The notes below the pieces were generated by a model. It was not told where the DNA came from. It ran no database searches and saw only the letters and a program-made list of their open reading frames with translations. Of a stretch of 10,429 nt of DNA, positions 7,254 through 10,429 are shown one piece after another. A program made the position numbers and the translations under genes. The stretch is from Promethearchaeota archaeon (GTDB taxonomy: Archaea; Asgardarchaeota; Lokiarchaeia; Sigyniarchaeales; SOKP01): the NCBI GenBank assembly GCA_011364975.1, contig RDOE01000104.1:1-10429 (forward strand), written 5' to 3'. The number at the start of each line of letters is the position of its first letter. The stretch's first letter is position 1.

Positions 7254-8645
7254 TTATCTTTTTTTAAGATATTCTAAATAAGCATGTTCTTTCTCCTCAT
7301 GAATCTTAATTATTTGATCCTTCTGAGCGAGCCAATGAGGGCCATCTAATGAATAATAAAACATTACTAGCGCACCCAAAATCAAAAAAATCGAAGGTAT
7401 CAGTGCGAATCCCATCATAATTCCTAATTGCGCAGGAAAACCTTGAACAGTTTGTTCCTCTGCAAATCCAAATGCACTTATAATCATTAAAAATAGCCAA
7501 TTTGCAATAGAAATGGCCGGTTTCGTAAGTAATGCATTTATTCCGGAGTAAGTAGTTTCCCTGCGTTTTCCCGTCCTAACTTCGTCATAATCTACAATAT
7601 CAGCAATTACAACTTGATTTGAAAGTAAGTATCCCGAGATTCCGATACCAATGAGTATAAACCCAATAATGGCAAAATTTAACGTCCATCCGATAAAGAA
7701 AACTAATAAAAAACTTAATCCCGTCCATAATAAAGCAGCAATAAAGGTTTTTTTTACTCCGATCTTTCCTATCAATTTATTATACACAACTAAGAATGCA
7801 AAAATCATAAGGAAAACTAATAGCAATGGCAAAGTGTTTAAGAAACCAGTCAACATTAATACATAATTCACGTAATAAAAAATTGCGGTTGTCAAAATTG
7901 TTTGTCCTATAGTGAAGGAAAAGTTAGCAACTTCAAAAACCATAAATGGTTTGTTTTTAAAAGTTTCTTTTATTCCTTGAAGGATAGGAAGTGTATCTTC
8001 TAATTGGGTATATCTGTTTTCTTTCAAGTAATAACTACTTAAAAATAAAATTACGGCAGAAATAGCTCCAACGAAAATCATTGCTGTTATAAATAGTTGG
8101 GGAGAATCTGGTGCGTCACTACCAGTTAATAAAAAGAGGGGTAAAATAAAGGAGATTAATAAAGAGATTGAAGTAATAACTGAACTATAAACCAATAAAT
8201 TAGCCCTTTCTTTTGCGGTAATTGCCATTTCAGCAGGGAGCGTGAAATTTATAAGGCCTAAAATAGTGAATAATGTATCAAAAACAAATAAAACAATTAT
8301 TAAATTAAAGAAAAGAGCCATTTGACTATTTAAATCAACAATTGGAATCCAGCAAAAAATAAAGGCAATTCCATACAATGGAGCTCCAAAACGAATATAA
8401 GGGATTCTTCGACCATACTTTTCTGATTTTGTGTGATCTTCTATAAACCCAAATAATGGATCATTAACTGCATTCCAAAATGAAAAAATCAGCCAAGCAA
8501 TTCCAACAAGTTCTGCCTCTAATCCTAAAACCGTGTTATAAAAGAAAGTGATTGCTGAAAAAGCGATTTGGGAAGGTAAATTAATACCTGCTCCTAAACC
8601 ACCATAAGCTATCTTCGATTTGAAGGATAGTTTCTCTAAAGGCAT
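7254..8645 (-). CDS. MFS transporter, glycoside-pentoside-hexuronide (GPH/MelB-like) cation symporter
   Basis: About 12 TM helices, with WNAVNDPLFGFIEDHTKSEKYGRRIPYI and IADIVDYDEVRTGKRRETTYSG, both diagnostic of MFS_2/GPH. Confidence 0.93.
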   Translation of the reverse strand: MPLEKLSFKSKIAYGGLGAGINLPSQIAFSAITFFYNTVLGLEAELVGIAWLIFSFWNAVNDPLFGFIEDHTKSEKYGRRIPYIRFGAPLYGIAFIFCWIPIVDLNSQMALFFNLIIVLFVFDTLFTILGLINFTLPAEMAITAKERANLLVYSSVITSISLLISFILPLFLLTGSDAPDSPQLFITAMIFVGAISAVILFLSSYYLKENRYTQLEDTLPILQGIKETFKNKPFMVFEVANFSFTIGQTILTTAIFYYVNYVLMLTGFLNTLPLLLVFLMIFAFLVVYNKLIGKIGVKKTFIAALLWTGLSFLLVFFIGWTLNFAIIGFILIGIGISGYLLSNQVVIADIVDYDEVRTGKRRETTYSGINALLTKPAISIANWLFLMIISAFGFAEEQTVQGFPAQLGIMMGFALIPSIFLILGALVMFYYSLDGPHWLAQKDQIIKIHEEKEHAYLEYLKKR

Positions 8646-8748
8646 GATCTTAATTTACTTTTTTACATTATATAATTTTCTTTAGTATCCTTTTTCCAAT
8701 CTTAATAATAGTAAGTGAATGATTGAATCGACTAAAAAGTAATTGCAT

Positions 8749-9207
8749 TTAGCCAAAAACCGATCCGATACGATCCTGTACTTTTAATTTCAAATCTCCT
8801 AAAATTTTGTTAATATTACTTTTGAATTCTTTAAAAAATTTTATATCTTTCGAAAAAATATCTTTAGGGTCATAGTTTTTGAGAAAAAGAGTGAGGATCT
8901 CCTTTAAATGTTTTTTTATAAAAGCTGGGTCTATCCCTTTTTCAATAATTGCGTATATTAATAATGGTTGAGCATTTTGAGCATCATCGTGAGAGTCTTG
9001 AACCAATTTATAATAACAAACAATTTGATAGTCTGAAAAAGAAATTACATTTATTTTATCAGCATATACTTCCGATATAAAACTCTCTAATCCTGCTAAA
9101 AATTTAGCACGTATTTTAGAATCCATGATATTATCTGAGGGTGAATAATACTTGATTTCAATCAAATTTTTTAATCCAAAGTTAATCCCAACTTCTAAAA
9201 CAGTCAT
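8749..9207 (-). CDS. Small soluble protein, probable longin-like / roadblock-superfamily fold (Asgard type)
   Basis: Predicted order: two N-terminal strands (VLEVGI, LIEIKYY), helix DSKIRAKFLAGLESFISEV, three strands (INVISF, YQIVCYY, LLIYAII), then two helices (PAFIKKHLKEILTLFLKNY, FFKEFKSNINKIL). This is the beta-beta-alpha-beta-beta-beta-alpha-alpha longin topology. The ORF is solid; the fold is inferred. Confidence 0.6.
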   Translation of the reverse strand: MTVLEVGINFGLKNLIEIKYYSPSDNIMDSKIRAKFLAGLESFISEVYADKINVISFSDYQIVCYYKLVQDSHDDAQNAQPLLIYAIIEKGIDPAFIKKHLKEILTLFLKNYDPKDIFSKDIKFFKEFKSNINKILGDLKLKVQDRIGSVFG

Positions 9208-9284
9208 TTTATAAAATCAATTATTATATTTTTATACCCTATTATTAAATACGTTAATCTTAATAAAAAAGGTTAATATTTCTC

Positions 9285-9336
9285 CACAAATTTGAAATCT
9301 GTACTTAACATAAATTGCTAGTTTTTCAATTTTGTG
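9285..9336. repeat. Inverted repeat in the divergent intergenic region
   Basis: CACAAATTTGAAA (9285-9297) against TTTCAATTTTGTG (9324-9336; reverse complement CACAAAATTGAAA) is a 12/13 match with a 26-nt spacer. Confidence 0.6.
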
Positions 9337-9397
9337 AATAGTGATCTCTAAATTAAATTAATAAAAATTTTTAAATTAGAAAAGTCCATGGAATTAT

Positions 9398-10087
9398 ATG
9401 GACTTATTTAATTTAACAAAAATAATTATCTCTTTAATAACTGCTGCAATTGCCTTAATTATTGGCTTTCGCGTTTACTTTTTGAATAAGGATGATTGGT
9501 TGAATCGCTGGTTTGCTCTATTTTTTGCTTCTAGTTCTTTAGGTTTCCTCCTTTATTCAATTTACCACACAATCCTAAATAATGCACAAATTATTATTCC
9601 TATAATGATAATAAGCCATCTTTTCTTCAATTTTAATAGTATATCTTTAACAATGACTGTAATAGTTTTGGAGAGGTTTACTAAAGTTGCCATGAGTTTC
9701 AAATATCTCGGAAGAATCTTAATATTATTTATTATAATGAGTATAGGTTATTTTATTTGGATTCCCCAATTGGATTCTGAAAGTTATGAACTTGGGATTG
9801 TTAATACTAAAACCTCTCTTGGATTATCTATTTTTGTTAACGCTATTAGGATAGCATTACTTATTTATGTAGTATGTAAATACATTATAATCTCTCAAAA
9901 AATTGAGGGTGAAACTAAGAACAGAGTAAATTGGTTTACGAGAGGGGTAATAATAGTTATAATAGGTCTTCTTATCAACTTATCTGCTAATTTTCTTGGA
10001 TCATGGCTTGAAATAATAATTGAAGTTTTAGCTTTAATAGTAATTAACGTGGGCTCTTTTTTTATACTAAAAGGCTTCTTAATTTAA
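9398..10087 (+). CDS. Stand-alone 7-TM membrane protein (HisKA_7TM-like receptor domain, no output domain)
   Basis: Seven hydrophobic segments. TM1-TM2 loop KDDWLNRWFALFF, a longer loop between TM4 and TM5, and basic KIEGETKNR before TM6. The protein ends directly after TM7. Confidence 0.72.
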   Translation: MDLFNLTKIIISLITAAIALIIGFRVYFLNKDDWLNRWFALFFASSSLGFLLYSIYHTILNNAQIIIPIMIISHLFFNFNSISLTMTVIVLERFTKVAMSFKYLGRILILFIIMSIGYFIWIPQLDSESYELGIVNTKTSLGLSIFVNAIRIALLIYVVCKYIIISQKIEGETKNRVNWFTRGVIIVIIGLLINLSANFLGSWLEIIIEVLALIVINVGSFFILKGFLI

Positions 10088-10186
10088 TGGCTTTTAATAT
10101 GCTTTTTCTATTTGTATGAAATAATATTTCTAAAAGAAATTATTTTATCATTTTGATAAGGGTCTAATTTATTATAAAAATATTTT

Positions 10187-10429
10187 TTAAAGAAATTGTT
10201 CTATTTCTGTAATAAAAAGTTCTGCTATGGTTAACCACTTCCTTTTCGTCTCCAGATCACAAAAACATTTCTTAGTGTAATTTTTTCCTCTGTTCAAGTT
10301 TTCAATTGCTTGTTCATAATTTTTAAGTTCTTTATAACATATACCCAATTTTATATACGTTTCATTAACTAATAATCCAAACTTACTCATTTTAAGAGCT
10401 TTATTGAATTGTTCCACTGCTTTGTCATA
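10187..10429 (-). CDS. Tetratricopeptide repeat (TPR) protein, C-terminal part (5'-truncated by window edge)
   Basis: The frame is open to the window edge (YDKAVEQFNKALKM...). TPR consensus in TYIKLGICYKELKNYEQAIENLNRG. Confidence 0.82.
   Translation of the reverse strand, partial: YDKAVEQFNKALKMSKFGLLVNETYIKLGICYKELKNYEQAIENLNRGKNYTKKCFCDLETKRKWLTIAELFITEIEQFL

Noticed and set aside
7306-7866. ORFs 7306-7500 (-) and 7651-7866 (+)
   Set aside because: Out-of-frame or antisense ORFs inside the MFS transporter gene.
10126-10140. Small palindrome ATTTCT-AAA-AGAAAT between convergent genes
   Set aside because: A weak AT-rich 6-bp stem, expected by chance.
1-10429. CRISPR array, tRNA/rRNA, transposase or integrase
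   Set aside because: No regularly spaced repeats, no GC-rich structured RNA segment in intergenic DNA, and no recombinase motifs were seen.

Overview
AT-rich (roughly 30% GC by eye, not computed), densely coding window with 14 intact or edge-truncated genes in frequently switching orientation, plus one gene remnant missed by the ORF track. Gene content and style suggest an Asgard archaeon, probably Lokiarchaeia (inference). The cues are a RdhA/QueG-type Fe-S protein, a UROD/MtaA-family protein, a small longin-like protein, a stand-alone 7TM protein, and TATA-like T/A boxes about 25-30 nt before start codons with few Shine-Dalgarno sites. Most genes are metabolic singletons: SAM methyltransferase, PaaI thioesterase, thioredoxin-like protein, SRPBCC protein, type-B carboxylesterase and a GPH/MelB-type MFS transporter. 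No rRNA, tRNA, CRISPR array or mobile element was seen. The best leads are (i) a divergent longin-like / kinase-less 7TM pair separated by a 12/13-bp inverted repeat, followed by a TPR gene, (ii) an unannotated DsbA/FrnE C-terminal remnant at 1720-1887, and (iii) variant metal-binding motifs in the corrinoid-related proteins. I cannot demonstrate a coherent new system from sequence alone.
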